Positions 11,871 through 22,719 are shown, numbered from the stretch's first letter. The stretch: DNA of 64,000 bases from an uncultured Holophagales bacterium (GCA_963842525.1 CAWJGT010000025.1:96001-160000), one strand, 5' to 3'. The notes: generated by a model not told the origin, from the sequence alone. Translations and numbers: made by a program.

Positions 11871-13688
11871 CTAGACGGCCCCGCCGCTTGCACTGGGCCG
11901 GGTCCCCCGGTGTAAGCTGTGGCTCAAGCTGGTCTTCTCTTTCAGCAGGTGCTCGAGGCGCGCCTGATCGCCGCGGCGTTGCGCCTCGCCGATCTCGGTC
12001 GCCAGTTCCTGCAACCGCCGTTTCTGCCAGCGGCGCATCAACTTCTCCAGGGACGGTCCCGGTGGGCCGATTCTTTCGGAACCTGCGTTCTTTTCTACCA
12101 GAATCATGGCCAGCCGGGCAACCGCTTCCCCCTCGTGCCCCAGAGCGGTGGTCAGAGCCCGCACCTCGGGCCGGCTGCCTGCTCCTGCATATAGAGCGCA
12201 GAAGGCCCGGTAAATATTCCTGCATTCCGTATCGAGGAATGCCTCCGGCGGCGGCATCTCATCCGCCGGCGGCAGTGGCTCCTCTCCCCCGACCAGCCGC
12301 TCCAGAACCTGCTCTTCCAGGCTGCGCACCTCCCGCGGGCCGCTTCCTCCGTCCAGGGCCGCCGGCCCCGGCCTCTCCTCCATGCCTCGATCGCGATCAC
12401 TGCGATCCCCTCCGACGCGCCGGACCAGCATCTCGACCGGGACGGCCAGCCGCTCGGCCGCGACCCGCGCGTAGCCATAGCGCAGGATCGGGTCGGTGAC
12501 CGGCCGCAGCAGCTGCACCACGGCGGCAGCGGCCTTGGCCTGGGTGCGCGGCTCGCGGTTCGCGCCGGAGGGAATGAGCTGGTCCATCTCCGCGATCACG
12601 GCGTCCTCGGCGGCCGTCACCGCCTCCACCACCGCCTCCGGACCGGCTTCGAGCCGCAGCGAATCGGGGTCGTGGTTGCCCGGAAAGCGCGCCCGGCGCA
12701 CGCCGAGGCTGCTGGCGAGCAGCAGCGGCAGGGCACGCCGGTAGGCGTTCTCGCCGGCGCCGTCGCCGTCATAGGCCACCACCACGTCCTCGGCATAACG
12801 CGACAGGAGCTTCGCTTGTTCCGGGGTGAGCGCCGTGCCCATCCCGGCGATTGCCCCTTCGAGGCCGCAGGCGACCGAGCCGATGACGTCGAAGTAGCCC
12901 TCGACGAGCAGCGCGCGCCCGCTCTCCCGGATCTCCCGCTTCGCTTGGTGCAGGCCGTAGAGCAGGAGCCCCTTGTGGAAGCGGTCGGTCTCGCTGGTGT
13001 TGATGTACTTTGCCTTGTCGTCCCCCAGGGTGCGCCCGCCGAAGCCGACCAGCCGGCCGGACGGGTTGTGTATCGGGAACATCAGCCGGTGCCGGAAGCG
13101 GTCGTAGGGATCGCCGCCCTTCTCGGGCCGGGCCGCCAGGCCGGACGCTTCGAGGTCGGCCAGCGGCACCCGCGGATGGAGCGCCTGCACCAGGTTGCGC
13201 CAGCCGTCGGGCGCGTAGCCGAGGCCGAAGCGCTCGACGAGCTCGGGGGGGATCTGCCGGTCTTCGAGGTACTTGCGCGCCCCGGCCGATTTGCGGAGCT
13301 GGTCGGCGAAGAACTCCGCCGCGGCTTCCAGTGCCCCTTCGAGGTCGCGCTCGGGCGGCCGCCCGGCCCGCCGCTCGGTCCGCGACGGCAGCGGCACGCC
13401 GTAGCGTGTCGCCAGAGCCTCGATCGCAGCAGGAAAATCGTCCCCGCTGGTCATCATGTGGAGCTTGATGGCGTCTCCGCCGGCGCCGCAGCCGAAGCAG
13501 TAGAAAAGCCCCTGCACGGGATCGACGCTGAACGACGGAGTCTTCTCCTTGTGGATCGGGCAGAGCCCCTGATAGCGCCGCCCCGCCTTGCGCAGGCGGG
13601 TGTGCTCGGAGGCAACAGCCACGATGTCCGCGGCGTCACGGACAGCCTGAACGAGCTGGGGGGTGATGTGGATGTTGCCGAGGGACAT
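11871..13688 (-). CDS. dnaG: DNA primase
   Basis: CHC2 zinc finger ([15 protein letters not shown]), [21 protein letters not shown] and YDGD. Upstream of rpoD. Confidence 0.97.
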   Translation of the reverse strand: MSLGNIHITPQLVQAVRDAADIVAVASEHTRLRKAGRRYQGLCPIHKEKTPSFSVDPVQGLFYCFGCGAGGDAIKLHMMTSGDDFPAAIEALATRYGVPLPSRTERRAGRPPERDLEGALEAAAEFFADQLRKSAGARKYLEDRQIPPELVERFGLGYAPDGWRNLVQALHPRVPLADLEASGLAARPEKGGDPYDRFRHRLMFPIHNPSGRLVGFGGRTLGDDKAKYINTSETDRFHKGLLLYGLHQAKREIRESGRALLVEGYFDVIGSVACGLEGAIAGMGTALTPEQAKLLSRYAEDVVVAYDGDGAGENAYRRALPLLLASSLGVRRARFPGNHDPDSLRLEAGPEAVVEAVTAAEDAVIAEMDQLIPSGANREPRTQAKAAAAVVQLLRPVTDPILRYGYARVAAERLAVPVEMLVRRVGGDRSDRDRGMEERPGPAALDGGSGPREVRSLEEQVLERLVGGEEPLPPADEMPPPEAFLDTECRNIYRAFCALYAGAGSRPEVRALTTALGHEGEAVARLAMILVEKNAGSERIGPPGPSLEKLMRRWQKRRLQELATEIGEAQRRGDQARLEHLLKEKTSLSHSLHRGTRPSASGGAV

Positions 13689-13732
13689 CTAATTACCTGG
13701 TGATGCTAGCGGTCGGTTCGTGACAGAAGGCC

Positions 13733-13836
13733 GCCCGGGCATGAATGCCCGGGCTAGGAACAGCGCCGGGTAAACCCCGGCTTGAAAGCCCCATTCATGG
13801 GGCGCCGTTCCCAGCCCGGCGATTCATCGCCGGGCT
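13733..13836. repeat. REP/BIME-like cluster of four palindromes
   Basis: GCCCGGGCATGAATGCCCGGGC, GCCGGG-TAAAC-CCCGGC, GCCCCATTCATGGGGC and AGCCCGGCGATTCATCGCCGGGCT. Confidence 0.7.
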
Positions 13837-16280
13837 CACCCCCCGCGCAACGTCACGACCGTGGCGCCGTTGCCCCCTTCGTTGGGCGCGCCCGGCCGTT
13901 GGCTGGCGACGCCGGCATGGGCCCGAAGGTGGTCCCGTACCGCCTGGCGCAGGCGCCCGGTGCCGTGGCCGTGGACGACGCGCACCTCCCGCCGCGAGGC
14001 CACGAGCGCTTGGTCGATATAGGCGTCCAGCTCTTCGAGCGCTGGCTCGACGCGCATGCCGATCAGGTTCAGCTCCGGAGGCACCGACGCGGCCTCGTCC
14101 AGGTCGCTGCGGCCGCCGCTCCGGGAAGCCGGACGGTCCTCTCTCACGGCGCGGACCGGCGTCTCCCTCCGGGCTGCGTTGACCGGCGCCAGCTCCTCGG
14201 GCCGGCAGCGCACGCGCTTGCCCTTGACCAGGACCTCGGCCCGCCCTGGCTCGAGCCTCTCGAGGACCCCCTGCCAGCCCAGCCCGATATGGCGGACCGT
14301 CTGGCCGGCCTCGACGGGTCCCGCCGGCTCGGGCTGCCCGGCAGCGAAACCCGGCGCCGCGGCGAAGAGCTGCTCGACCGCCTCGGCCTCCAGCCCGCGC
14401 CGCCGGCCCTCTTCGAAGCGCTCCCGCATGCGCTCGACCTCGCCGCGCAGGCGCTCCGTGGTCTCGCGGCGGAAGGAATCCAGCTCCCCCTTGAGCCGCT
14501 TGGCGACCGTCTTGCGCTCCTCCTCCGCGGCGGTCAGCTCGGCCTGCAGGCGGCGGCGGAGCTTTTCGGCGTCAGATCGTTCGATTTCCAGCTCCTCGCG
14601 GGTCTCGGCCAGCTCGCGGCGCACCCGCTCCACCTCGGCGATCAGCCGCCGCAGGTCGCGGTGCTCGGAGCCGAGCCGCGCCTCGGCGCGGTCCAGCCAT
14701 TCCGCGGGCAGGCCCAGGCGGCGGGCCAGGGCCAGCGCCTCGCTGCCGCCGGGCGGGCCGGGGACCAGCCGGAAGGTCGGCCGGCCGGTCACCGGATCGA
14801 ATTCCATGGCCGCGCAGGAGGCGCCGCGGAATTCCAGCGCGGCGCCGGCGAGCTGGGCGAGATGCGTCGTGATCACCCCCAGGCTCTTCGTCTCCAACAG
14901 CCCTTCGAGGAGGGCAATCGAGAGGGCGGCCCCCTCCTCCGGGTCCGTGCCCGAGCCCAGCTCGTCGAGCAGGATCAGGGCGTCCGGTCCGGCAGCTTCC
15001 CATGCCTCCTTGAGCCGCAGGAGCCGGCCGCTAAAAGTGGATCGATCGGCAAGGAGGTCCTGGTCGTCGCCGACGGTCGCCACCGCGCTGCGCAGGAAGG
15101 GGACCCGGCTGCCTGCCGCCGCCGGGATCGGCAGACCGCAGAGCGCCGCCAGGGAGAGGAGCCCCGCCGTCTTGAGGGCGACCGTCTTGCCGCCGGCGTT
15201 CGGTCCCGTGATGACCAGGATCCGCCGCTCGGAGCTCAGCTCGACGTCCAGCGGGACGATGTCGCCCGCGTGCCCCGCCTGGCCCAGGGCCTCCTCGCGC
15301 AGCTCGGCGAGGCTGGGGTCGAGCAGCGGATGGCGCGCCGCGGTCAGCCGTAGCTCGTGCCGCGGCCCGATCTCCGGGAGGTGCCCGTCGCAGCGCTCGC
15401 CGAAGCGGACCGCCGCTTGCAGCAGGTCGAGCTCGGCGAGGAACCCCGCGTGGGCGCGGAGCGCCGGCATCATCGCCCGCACCTCGGCCAGCAGCTCGGC
15501 CAGGATGCGGCGCCGCTCGGCCTCCTCGTCCTCCACCGACTGCTGCAGCGTGTTGTTCGTCTCGACAACGTGCAGCGGCTCGAAATAGAGGCTCTTGCCG
15601 GTGGCCGACCGGCCGTGCACCAGGCCGGCGCTGCGGCCTCGCGAGCCCGCCTGGAGCACCACGACGAGGCGCCCGCCGCGCATCGGGACCGTCTCTTCGG
15701 AGAGCTCGTCCTTGTGGCCGGCGACGAACTCGCCGAGGTCGCGGTAGATCTGGTCGCGCACCCGGCGGATCTGCGAACGCAGGGCCTGGAGCCGGGGGCT
15801 CGCGTCCTCCCGTACCTCGCCGCGGCGGTCGAGCGTCCTGTCGATGCGGCGCAAGAGCGGCTCGAGGTCCGGCAGCTCGACGGCGAGCGCCTGGAGCCCC
15901 GGACAGGGAGGAACCGCCTCGCGGATGCGCTGCACCGCGGCCCGGGTCGACTTCCCCAGGTCGGCCAGCCGCACCAGGTCGATCCCTTCGATGGGAGGCC
16001 GGCCGCTCACCATGCGGTCGAGCAGCTTGCGCACCGGGACGTCGAAGTCGGGGACGAGCGGACGCTCGCCGATCAGCCGCGCCGCCTCTTCGAACCGGCC
16101 GCGCTGCTCGCGCAACGCCTCTTCGTCCGCGTAGGGGGCCAAGGCCAGCACGCGCTCCCGGCCCAGGTCGCTGGCGGCGAGCTGGGCGATCACCGCCAGG
16201 AGGCTGGGGAGCTCCAGCGCCTGGGCCGTGGCCCGCGAAAGAACAGGGGCGGAGATCCGGAGAAGCGCAACGGTTTCCAC
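13836..16280 (-). CDS. mutS2: MutS2 (ATPase + Smr domain)
   Basis: ITGPNAGGKT Walker A, LLDELGSGTDPEEG, C-terminal Smr VVHGHGTGRL..GGNGAT. Confidence 0.95.
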   Translation of the reverse strand: METVALLRISAPVLSRATAQALELPSLLAVIAQLAASDLGRERVLALAPYADEEALREQRGRFEEAARLIGERPLVPDFDVPVRKLLDRMVSGRPPIEGIDLVRLADLGKSTRAAVQRIREAVPPCPGLQALAVELPDLEPLLRRIDRTLDRRGEVREDASPRLQALRSQIRRVRDQIYRDLGEFVAGHKDELSEETVPMRGGRLVVVLQAGSRGRSAGLVHGRSATGKSLYFEPLHVVETNNTLQQSVEDEEAERRRILAELLAEVRAMMPALRAHAGFLAELDLLQAAVRFGERCDGHLPEIGPRHELRLTAARHPLLDPSLAELREEALGQAGHAGDIVPLDVELSSERRILVITGPNAGGKTVALKTAGLLSLAALCGLPIPAAAGSRVPFLRSAVATVGDDQDLLADRSTFSGRLLRLKEAWEAAGPDALILLDELGSGTDPEEGAALSIALLEGLLETKSLGVITTHLAQLAGAALEFRGASCAAMEFDPVTGRPTFRLVPGPPGGSEALALARRLGLPAEWLDRAEARLGSEHRDLRRLIAEVERVRRELAETREELEIERSDAEKLRRRLQAELTAAEEERKTVAKRLKGELDSFRRETTERLRGEVERMRERFEEGRRRGLEAEAVEQLFAAAPGFAAGQPEPAGPVEAGQTVRHIGLGWQGVLERLEPGRAEVLVKGKRVRCRPEELAPVNAARRETPVRAVREDRPASRSGGRSDLDEAASVPPELNLIGMRVEPALEELDAYIDQALVASRREVRVVHGHGTGRLRQAVRDHLRAHAGVASQRPGAPNEGGNGATVVTLRGG

Positions 16281-16284
16281 CCTC

Positions 16285-17817
16285 TCAGTCTATCTCTGTC
16301 AGGTCACCCCACGGAACGCGCGACGGGATGCGGCCGGATGTTGAGGACGGGGGGCCGGACGGAGCCGAGGAGAGGAGGAAGGCCATGGCGTACGGCGTGG
16401 GGGTCTCGACCCGTGCCACCGGCGCCGAGCCGACCGGAGCCCGGGGACCGGCCAGGCAGTGCTGGACCTCGACGAGGAACCCGGGCGCGGCGCTCCCGCC
16501 CTCGGCCAGCCCCCGGAAGGCCAGCAGGGCGGCCAGCGAGTCGTGGCTCTGGTGGACGTCCCGCACCCGCAGGATCGGCGACAGCTCCTGCGACAGCCGC
16601 AAGACCTCGGGCGTACGGTCCTGACGGGCGTAGAGCAGGGCGAGGTGGATATGAGAGATACCGGCCTCCCTGCCGAGGCTGGCGGCGAGGAACGCCTCGC
16701 GGGTCTCCCGGTAGATCGCATCGGCGGCCTCCAGGTTCCCTTCCGACTCCTCGATCCGCCCCTCCAGCCGGCGCAGGCGGAGCAGGTTGGGCTGGTCGCC
16801 GAGCACGGTGTAGAGAGAGCGCGCTCCGTCGACGGCCTGCAAGGCTTCCTCGGCGCGGCCGGCCTCCTGGAGGAGCCCGGCGAGGCGGTGCAGGGTGTCG
16901 GCCGCGAGCGCCGGCCGGGCCCGCTCGTCGATCCGGCCGAGCCCCTCCCGCAGCAGGTCGACGGCCCGCGCCGCCGCCTCCGGCCGTCCCACGGCGGCGA
17001 GGAGCTGGCCCTTCTGGATCAGCGCCTCGCCGAGAAGCCGGCGCTCGCCAGCCTCTTGGTAGATGGCGATCGCCTCGTCGACGGAGCGCTCGGCCTGGTC
17101 GTACTTCCGGGCGTCCTGGGACAGGCACGCCTCGAGACAGCGGAGCTCGGCGCGGTCGAGCGGGTCCGGGTCGATCCGGCCGAGCAGCGCTTCGGCCACG
17201 GCGAGAGCGCGCTCCGCGCCGGCCGCGTCGCCGGCCAGCCGGCGGGCGTTGCCCAGGTAGGCCCAGGCACGGGCGTGGAGCGTGCCGGCGAGCGGGGCAC
17301 CCCAGAGCTTCGCGTCGAGCCTGCTCGCGATATTTTCGATGGTGGCGACCGCGACCTCGGCCGTCTCGACGCCCAGCAGCGGGTCGAGCTGCATGTCCTC
17401 CCGGCTCTTCTCGATCAGCAGCTCGCAGAGGGCCAGGTTCTGGAAACCGTGGTCGCCGCAGACCAGCCCGAGCCGCCGCGGACGCGGCTGGGCGAGGATC
17501 TCGGCGAGGAGCCAGGGAGCCCGCGCGCGTTCCTGGGCGACCTTCCGTTCGCGGCGCCGCCCCGGGCCGGCCAGGCGGGAGATGACACCAGGATGTCCAG
17601 AGGGCGCAGGACGGCCGGCACGGTCCGCGGCGAGGAGGTCGAGCAGCTCGGGCGGGGCGTCGGGAGGCGGGTCTCCGAACGTCCAGAAGCGGCGCGTCAC
17701 GTCGAGGCATTGTGAGCAGCCGGAGATCAGGTGGCGGACGATCCGTTTGTTGTCGGCCCCGGCCAGCTCGTTGCGCATGAAGCGCTCGATGAGGTGGGGA
17801 TCAGGATGCTCTCGCAT
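16285..17817 (-). CDS. TPR-like helical repeat protein with N-terminal zinc-finger-like (anti-sigma-type) motif
   Basis: N-terminal HPD...RHLISGCSQC, then helical repeats (ARAWAYLGNARR, AIAIYQEAGE, ARSLY). Probable ATG at 17817. Confidence 0.65.
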   Translation of the reverse strand: MREHPDPHLIERFMRNELAGADNKRIVRHLISGCSQCLDVTRRFWTFGDPPPDAPPELLDLLAADRAGRPAPSGHPGVISRLAGPGRRRERKVAQERARAPWLLAEILAQPRPRRLGLVCGDHGFQNLALCELLIEKSREDMQLDPLLGVETAEVAVATIENIASRLDAKLWGAPLAGTLHARAWAYLGNARRLAGDAAGAERALAVAEALLGRIDPDPLDRAELRCLEACLSQDARKYDQAERSVDEAIAIYQEAGERRLLGEALIQKGQLLAAVGRPEAAARAVDLLREGLGRIDERARPALAADTLHRLAGLLQEAGRAEEALQAVDGARSLYTVLGDQPNLLRLRRLEGRIEESEGNLEAADAIYRETREAFLAASLGREAGISHIHLALLYARQDRTPEVLRLSQELSPILRVRDVHQSHDSLAALLAFRGLAEGGSAAPGFLVEVQHCLAGPRAPVGSAPVARVETPTPYAMAFLLSSAPSGPPSSTSGRIPSRVPWGDLTEID

Positions 17818-18043
17818 GGCGCGCCTCGCTCCATCTTCTACAAATCGGCGATCCGGACCCCTTCCGGAGGCGTTTCCAGTACGGATTGCGGGGACCCGGG
17901 AGACAATTTTTGTAACATCGTTCGAGTACATCTTGTCAAGCGAGACAACTTTAGTCGGCTACTTATCCCGTTGTCAAGAATAAAGATCTGATGGCAGAGA
18001 ACCTTTTTCCCGATCTAAGTGATTGACCAGTATAAGTTTGCGC

Positions 18044-18072
18044 TTGCCATAAGGGCGCGGAGAAGGTAAATT
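18044..18072 (+). promoter_or_regulatory. Sigma70 promoter, probably leaderless, for the XRE regulator
   Basis: TTGCCA-17 nt-TAAATT, then 6 nt to ATG 18079. No RBS. Confidence 0.55.
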
Positions 18073-18078
18073 TCGCGC

Positions 18079-18576
18079 ATGTCCATCTTCCATGGTCTCG
18101 GCAGGGCCCTACGGTGGCTCCGTGACAGGCAGGGCAAAAGGCAGTACCAGGTGGCCGACACGGCCGGCATCACGAAGGCGATGCTGTCCGCTTATGAGAC
18201 GGGCAAGCAGAAGCCGTCTCTCGACACCCTGGAGAAGATCCTCGCCGCACTGGAGTGTGATCTCAACGACCTGCACAACGCGCTGCAGATTGTCAACGAG
18301 CGCCCCGAAGCGATTCGTCGAGGGAGGGACGGCGGTTGGACCGGCTCCCGCCCTGGCGAAGGCCGCGACGGCGGAGAGGGCGCTCCCTCCAACGTCTACA
18401 ACATCCTGGGCATCAACCGTCCGTTGCCGCCCATGGAGGAGCAGGCCCTGAGCGAGATGCTCCAGGGTTTCCACAAGCTCGTCCGCTATCTGCACGATGG
18501 CTTACAGGCCGTCCCCTCCCGCGAGAGGGCGCCCGAGGAGCCCCCGAAGGCAGCGCCGGACGAAGAGCCCACCTGA
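18079..18576 (+). CDS. XRE-family HTH transcriptional regulator
   Basis: LRWLRDRQGKRQYQVADTAGITKAMLSAYETGKQKPSLDTLEKIL is an HTH_3-type motif. Confidence 0.9.
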   Translation: MSIFHGLGRALRWLRDRQGKRQYQVADTAGITKAMLSAYETGKQKPSLDTLEKILAALECDLNDLHNALQIVNERPEAIRRGRDGGWTGSRPGEGRDGGEGAPSNVYNILGINRPLPPMEEQALSEMLQGFHKLVRYLHDGLQAVPSRERAPEEPPKAAPDEEPT

Positions 18577-18829
18577 GCGGCGGTCCGCACTCGCGGACCC
18601 CGCCTCTCTCCCGCGGCGACCGGCGGCCCTGCGGTCCATCGACCCCAGGAGCCGCCCAGAAGGGCTTTCTTCGCCTCATTTCCGCGCGCACGCTTCTTGC
18701 AGTCGCCCTCTTGGCGAAACGCGAGCACGTCTCGCAAACGTCCAGAGGGGTGACACATGAAGGGTCGGCTGAAGACAGGAGAGATCGGGTCGTGGCGGTC
18801 CGCCCGCGCGTGCAGCGAAGGGCGGTGCC

Positions 18830-20665
18830 GTGGCCAGTGACCTCGAGCGCCGGTTCGCGCGGCTGAGCCGGGGTGGACACCTCTGCCTGGTCTTCGACAC
18901 CCTCGCCGAGCAGTCGGCCGCCCTCGCGGCCTTCCTCAAGGCCGGCAACGCCGCTGGCGAACGCTGCCTCTACATCGGCTCCAGCGGCGGCGCGCACGGC
19001 CTCGAGCGCGCCCTGGAGGCCGAGGGGTTCCCTCTCGGGCGCGAGATCGAGCGGGGCGGGCTCGTCCTGTTGACCGACCGCAAGCGCTGGCTGCCGGCCG
19101 GCCGCTTCGATCCCTGGGAGCTCATGGACCTGCTCCGCCAGACCGAGCAGCAGGCGCTCGACGACGGCTTCACCGGCCTGCGGGCGACCTGGGACATGGA
19201 ATGGATCCTGGACGGGGCCCCAGGCAGCGAGCGCCTGATCGAGTACGAGGCCCAGCTCAACCGCTTCCTCGCCGGCAGCCGGACCTCGGTGCTCTGCCGC
19301 TACTCCCGGCCCCATACCTCGACTGCTGTCATCCAGGGCGTCCTCGAGACCCATCCGGTGGCCGTGCTCGGCGACCAGCTCTGCCCCAACGCCTACTACG
19401 AGCCGCCCGAGATGGTGCTCGGCGGCAGCACCCCGGAAGACCAGGTCGAATGGCGGATCGCCCAGCTCCGGCGCGCCCGGCTCAACGAGGAAAAGCTGGA
19501 GGAGGTGACGCGCCGGCTGGCCCGCAACCGCGCCGCGCTGGAGCGCGCCGACCGCGCCAAGGAGAGCCTCCTGGCCATGCTCGCCCACGAGCTGCGCAAC
19601 CCGCTGGGCACGATCAGCAATGCGCTCCAGGTCCTCCGCCTCAAGGGCGAGGGGGACGAGACCTGGCGGCGGGCGATCGACACCGCCGAGCGGCAGGTGC
19701 TCCACCAGGCCCTGCTGGTCGACGACCTGCTCGAAGCCTCGCGCGTGAACCGGGGCGAGGTCGAGCTGCACTGCGAGAACCTGGACCTCGTCCGACTCGT
19801 CCGGGAGACGGTGGAGGGCTATCGAGAAACCCTGCGCAGCGCCGGCCTGGAGATCGATCTCGACTTGCCCGCCGAGCCCCTGAGGGTGCGCGGCGACCGC
19901 ATGCGGCTCTCCCAGGCGCTGTCGAACCTCCTGCACAACGCCACCAAGTTCACCTCGCCGGGCGACCGGATTCAGGTGCGCGCCGGCCTCGGCAAGGGAG
20001 GACGGAGAGCCGAGGTCACCGTGCGCGACAGCGGTCAGGGGATCCCGGCCGCGGTCCTGCCGCGCGTCTTCGACCTCTTCACCCAGGCCGACACCAGCCT
20101 GGACCGCTCCCAGGGAGGGCTCGGCGTCGGCCTCGCGGTGGTCCGGGGGCTCATCGAGATGCACGGCGGCGAGGTCGAGGCGCGGAGCGAAGGGGAAGGC
20201 CGGGGGGCCGAGCTCACGCTGTGGCTGCCCGTCCTGGCCGAGCCCTCGGGACCCGAGTCCCGCGAGGCGGAAGCCGCCGCAACAGCCGACACCGGCGCGC
20301 GGCGCATCCTCGTCGTCGAGGACAACCCCGACGCCGGAGCCATGATGCGGGACTTCCTTGTGCTCTCCGGCCACGAGGTCGAGCTCGCCACCACCGGCGA
20401 CGAGGGCCTGGAAGCCGCCCGCAAGTTCCATCCCGAGGTGGTGCTCTGCGACCTCGGCCTGCCCGGAATGAACGGCTTCGAGGTCGCCGAGCACCTGCGC
20501 AGCGACCCCGAGACCTCGTCGGCCCGCCTGATCGCCGTCACCGGCTACGGCCGCGAAGAGGACCGCCAGCGCTCCAAGGAGGCCGGCTTCGACCTCCACC
20601 TGACCAAGCCGGTCGACCCGATCCAACTGCGCAAGCTGCTCCAGGAGGGCCAGCCGAGGCGTTGA
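18830..20665 (+). CDS. MEDS-domain hybrid sensor histidine kinase/receiver
   Basis: GHLCLVF...GLRATWDM..CRY MEDS pattern, LAHELRNPL, NLLHNATKFT, GGLGVGL, C-terminal receiver domain. Confidence 0.9.
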   Translation: MASDLERRFARLSRGGHLCLVFDTLAEQSAALAAFLKAGNAAGERCLYIGSSGGAHGLERALEAEGFPLGREIERGGLVLLTDRKRWLPAGRFDPWELMDLLRQTEQQALDDGFTGLRATWDMEWILDGAPGSERLIEYEAQLNRFLAGSRTSVLCRYSRPHTSTAVIQGVLETHPVAVLGDQLCPNAYYEPPEMVLGGSTPEDQVEWRIAQLRRARLNEEKLEEVTRRLARNRAALERADRAKESLLAMLAHELRNPLGTISNALQVLRLKGEGDETWRRAIDTAERQVLHQALLVDDLLEASRVNRGEVELHCENLDLVRLVRETVEGYRETLRSAGLEIDLDLPAEPLRVRGDRMRLSQALSNLLHNATKFTSPGDRIQVRAGLGKGGRRAEVTVRDSGQGIPAAVLPRVFDLFTQADTSLDRSQGGLGVGLAVVRGLIEMHGGEVEARSEGEGRGAELTLWLPVLAEPSGPESREAEAAATADTGARRILVVEDNPDAGAMMRDFLVLSGHEVELATTGDEGLEAARKFHPEVVLCDLGLPGMNGFEVAEHLRSDPETSSARLIAVTGYGREEDRQRSKEAGFDLHLTKPVDPIQLRKLLQEGQPRR

Positions 20666-20719
20666 CACCGGCGTTCGAGCGAGGACGGTATGCTAGCCTC
20701 GGTTCCTCAGGAGGTGAGC

Positions 20720-21514
20720 ATGCCTGAGACCGCCCATGCCGCAAAAGACACCGCAAAAGACACCCGGCAGGAAGCGGAACCGGGAGATCCGGTCCGCATC
20801 TCGACCAAGAGGATCGATCCCGAAGACCGCCTGATCTTTGCCTTGGATGTGCCAAGCGCCGGCGAGGCCCGGCGTCTGGTGACGACCCTGGGCGAGGCCG
20901 TACGCTTCTATAAGGTCGGCCTCGAGCTGTTCCTCTCCGGAGGCGCCTTCGAGCTGGTCGACTGGCTCGTCGAGCAGGACAAGCAGGTCTTCCTGGACCT
21001 CAAGCTCTACGACATTCCGGAGACCGTGGCCCGCGCCGTCCGCCGTCTCCGCGAACGGCCGGTCACCTTCCTCACGGTCCACGGCGACGGCGCCATCCTG
21101 GAAGCTGCCTGCCGCGAGAAGGGGGACCTGAAGATCCTCGCCGTCACCGTCCTGACCAGCCTCGACCGCACCGGCCTCCGCGAGCTCGGCTTCGCCGGCG
21201 AGGTCCCGGACCTCGTCGTCTCCCGCGCCCGCCGAGCCCGGGAGCTCGGCTGCGACGGCGTCGTCGCTTCCGGCCAGGAGGCCGCCGCCCTCAAGGACGC
21301 CTGTGGCGAGGACTTGCTCTACGTCATGCCAGGGATCCGTCCCGCCGAGAGCCGGCCGGCCGACGACCAGAAGCGGGTGGTGACCGTCGAAGAAGCGATC
21401 CGCAACGGCGCCGACTATGTCGTCATCGGCCGCCCCATCCGCGACGCTCCCGATCCCTACCAGGCGGCGCTGGACGTCCAGGGGACGCTTCAGGGGCTGT
21501 TTCTATCCGCCTGA
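20720..21514 (+). CDS. pyrF: Orotidine-5'-phosphate decarboxylase
   Basis: IFALD, FLDLKLYDIPET, VTVLTS, PGIRP, DDQKRV, VIGRPI. GGAGG RBS. Confidence 0.96.
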   Translation: MPETAHAAKDTAKDTRQEAEPGDPVRISTKRIDPEDRLIFALDVPSAGEARRLVTTLGEAVRFYKVGLELFLSGGAFELVDWLVEQDKQVFLDLKLYDIPETVARAVRRLRERPVTFLTVHGDGAILEAACREKGDLKILAVTVLTSLDRTGLRELGFAGEVPDLVVSRARRARELGCDGVVASGQEAAALKDACGEDLLYVMPGIRPAESRPADDQKRVVTVEEAIRNGADYVVIGRPIRDAPDPYQAALDVQGTLQGLFLSA

Positions 21515-21516
21515 AC

Positions 21517-21912
21517 CTACTTTACGGCAGAGGGTGTGACGTCGGTCTGAGGGAAGTCGTCACCCTTGTAGAGCAGCGGTTCGCCTCGCACCGTCGCGAG
21601 CGCATACGAAAAGCAGTCACCGTAATTGAGCCCGGCCCGATGGCGACCCTTGCCAAATCGACTGAACGCCAGACGGGCCACGTGTGCCTGCTCGGAATCC
21701 ACAGCGGCGAGCTCGATACCTGCCCGTTCGATGAACAGGTCGAGATCTCGAATGCCCTCGGCGCCAAAGCGCGACTCGATGACCATCGAGGCCTCGACGA
21801 AGGTTGCTGTCGACATCACTCGGGATTCCGCCACTTCAATGGTTTCGTTGAACGTGCGGCGTTCGGGCTCGTCGAGCAGGATCGCCAGGAGAGCGGAGGT
21901 GTCGATGACCAT
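21517..21912 (-). CDS. vapC: VapC PIN-domain toxin
   Basis: MVIDTSALLAIL, LNYGDCFSYALA, LLYKGDDF. Confidence 0.93.
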   Translation of the reverse strand: MVIDTSALLAILLDEPERRTFNETIEVAESRVMSTATFVEASMVIESRFGAEGIRDLDLFIERAGIELAAVDSEQAHVARLAFSRFGKGRHRAGLNYGDCFSYALATVRGEPLLYKGDDFPQTDVTPSAVK

Positions 21913-22166
21913 CAGCTCGGCAGCCCGTGCTCGTCATATCCGAGGATTTCGTCGGGCGTCCTCGAATCCCGCACAGGCAACCGAGAGCAATGCCGAGCAA
22001 TGTCGTCGAGCTCGTCGGCGAGGCGTCGCTGGGTTCGCTCACGGCGCAGGCGCGCCAAGCGGTCGCGGAGCGCCCGCGTGACCGCCTCCGTCTTGGTTTC
22101 GCCTGTCAGCTTGGCCAGCATCTCCGCAAGCTTCTCGGTCTCGGTGTTCCGGATGTTTAGCGCCAT
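21912..22166 (-). CDS. vapB: VapB antitoxin (Rv0623-like)
   Basis: MALNIRN..LAKLTGETKTEAV..DEILGYDEHGLP. TGATG overlap with vapC. Confidence 0.88.
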   Translation of the reverse strand: MALNIRNTETEKLAEMLAKLTGETKTEAVTRALRDRLARLRRERTQRRLADELDDIARHCSRLPVRDSRTPDEILGYDEHGLPS

Positions 22167-22275
22167 AGATCCTCACGTGTAGACAGTCATCTACACGGTA
22201 ACACTTCGAGCCACCTCCGGCAACCGCTCGACTTTGGATGGCGACCGCCAGCGGCTGCGCACGGGGCTGTCAGCC

Positions 22276-22719
22276 TCAACGCCGCTGATTCGGGCTGTCC
22301 ATGTCGGACATGATCAGCCAACGTCCGTCGGAGCCCTTGCGCAGCGTCAGGGTGAATTTTCCGATATCCGGCTGCCCTTCCTGCCGCGCGAATCCGCCGA
22401 GGATGTATCCGACAGAGCCCTCGGTCGCGAAGGCGAAGGCGCGTAGCGCGAGCGGGCCGCCGGCGCCGGTGTAGTGCTTCTGGATGGCGGCACGGCCCCG
22501 CACAGGAGGGCCGCCGTTCGCCAGCACGAAGCCGTCCTCGGCAAAGAGCCCCGCCAGTGCGGCGGCATCGCGGCTCCGCCAGGCCGCCTCGTAGTCGGTC
22601 AACACGCGCGCCAGCTCGGGCGGAAGCTGGACGCTCGGCTCCTGCGCCACGGCCTGCTGCTCCACGGCGGCAGCCTGTGCTCCCAACAGCAGGCTGAGTG
22701 CGAACACTGCGATGTTCAT
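22276..22719 (-). CDS. Secreted NTF2-like (DUF4440/YybH-type) protein
   Basis: Signal peptide, 'YEAAWRSRDAAALAGLFAEDG..GRAAI', 'DGRWLIMSD'. Confidence 0.75.
   Translation of the reverse strand: MNIAVFALSLLLGAQAAAVEQQAVAQEPSVQLPPELARVLTDYEAAWRSRDAAALAGLFAEDGFVLANGGPPVRGRAAIQKHYTGAGGPLALRAFAFATEGSVGYILGGFARQEGQPDIGKFTLTLRKGSDGRWLIMSDMDSPNQRR

Noticed and set aside
20738-20764. 12-bp duplication in the pyrF 5' end; also 9-bp repeats at the tkt start and 7-bp repeats after tRNA-Ser
   Set aside because: Short slippage repeats with no evident function.
22187-22275. attC-like site between the NTF2 gene and vapB
   Set aside because: Only weak complementarity, with no clear AAC/GTT box pairing.
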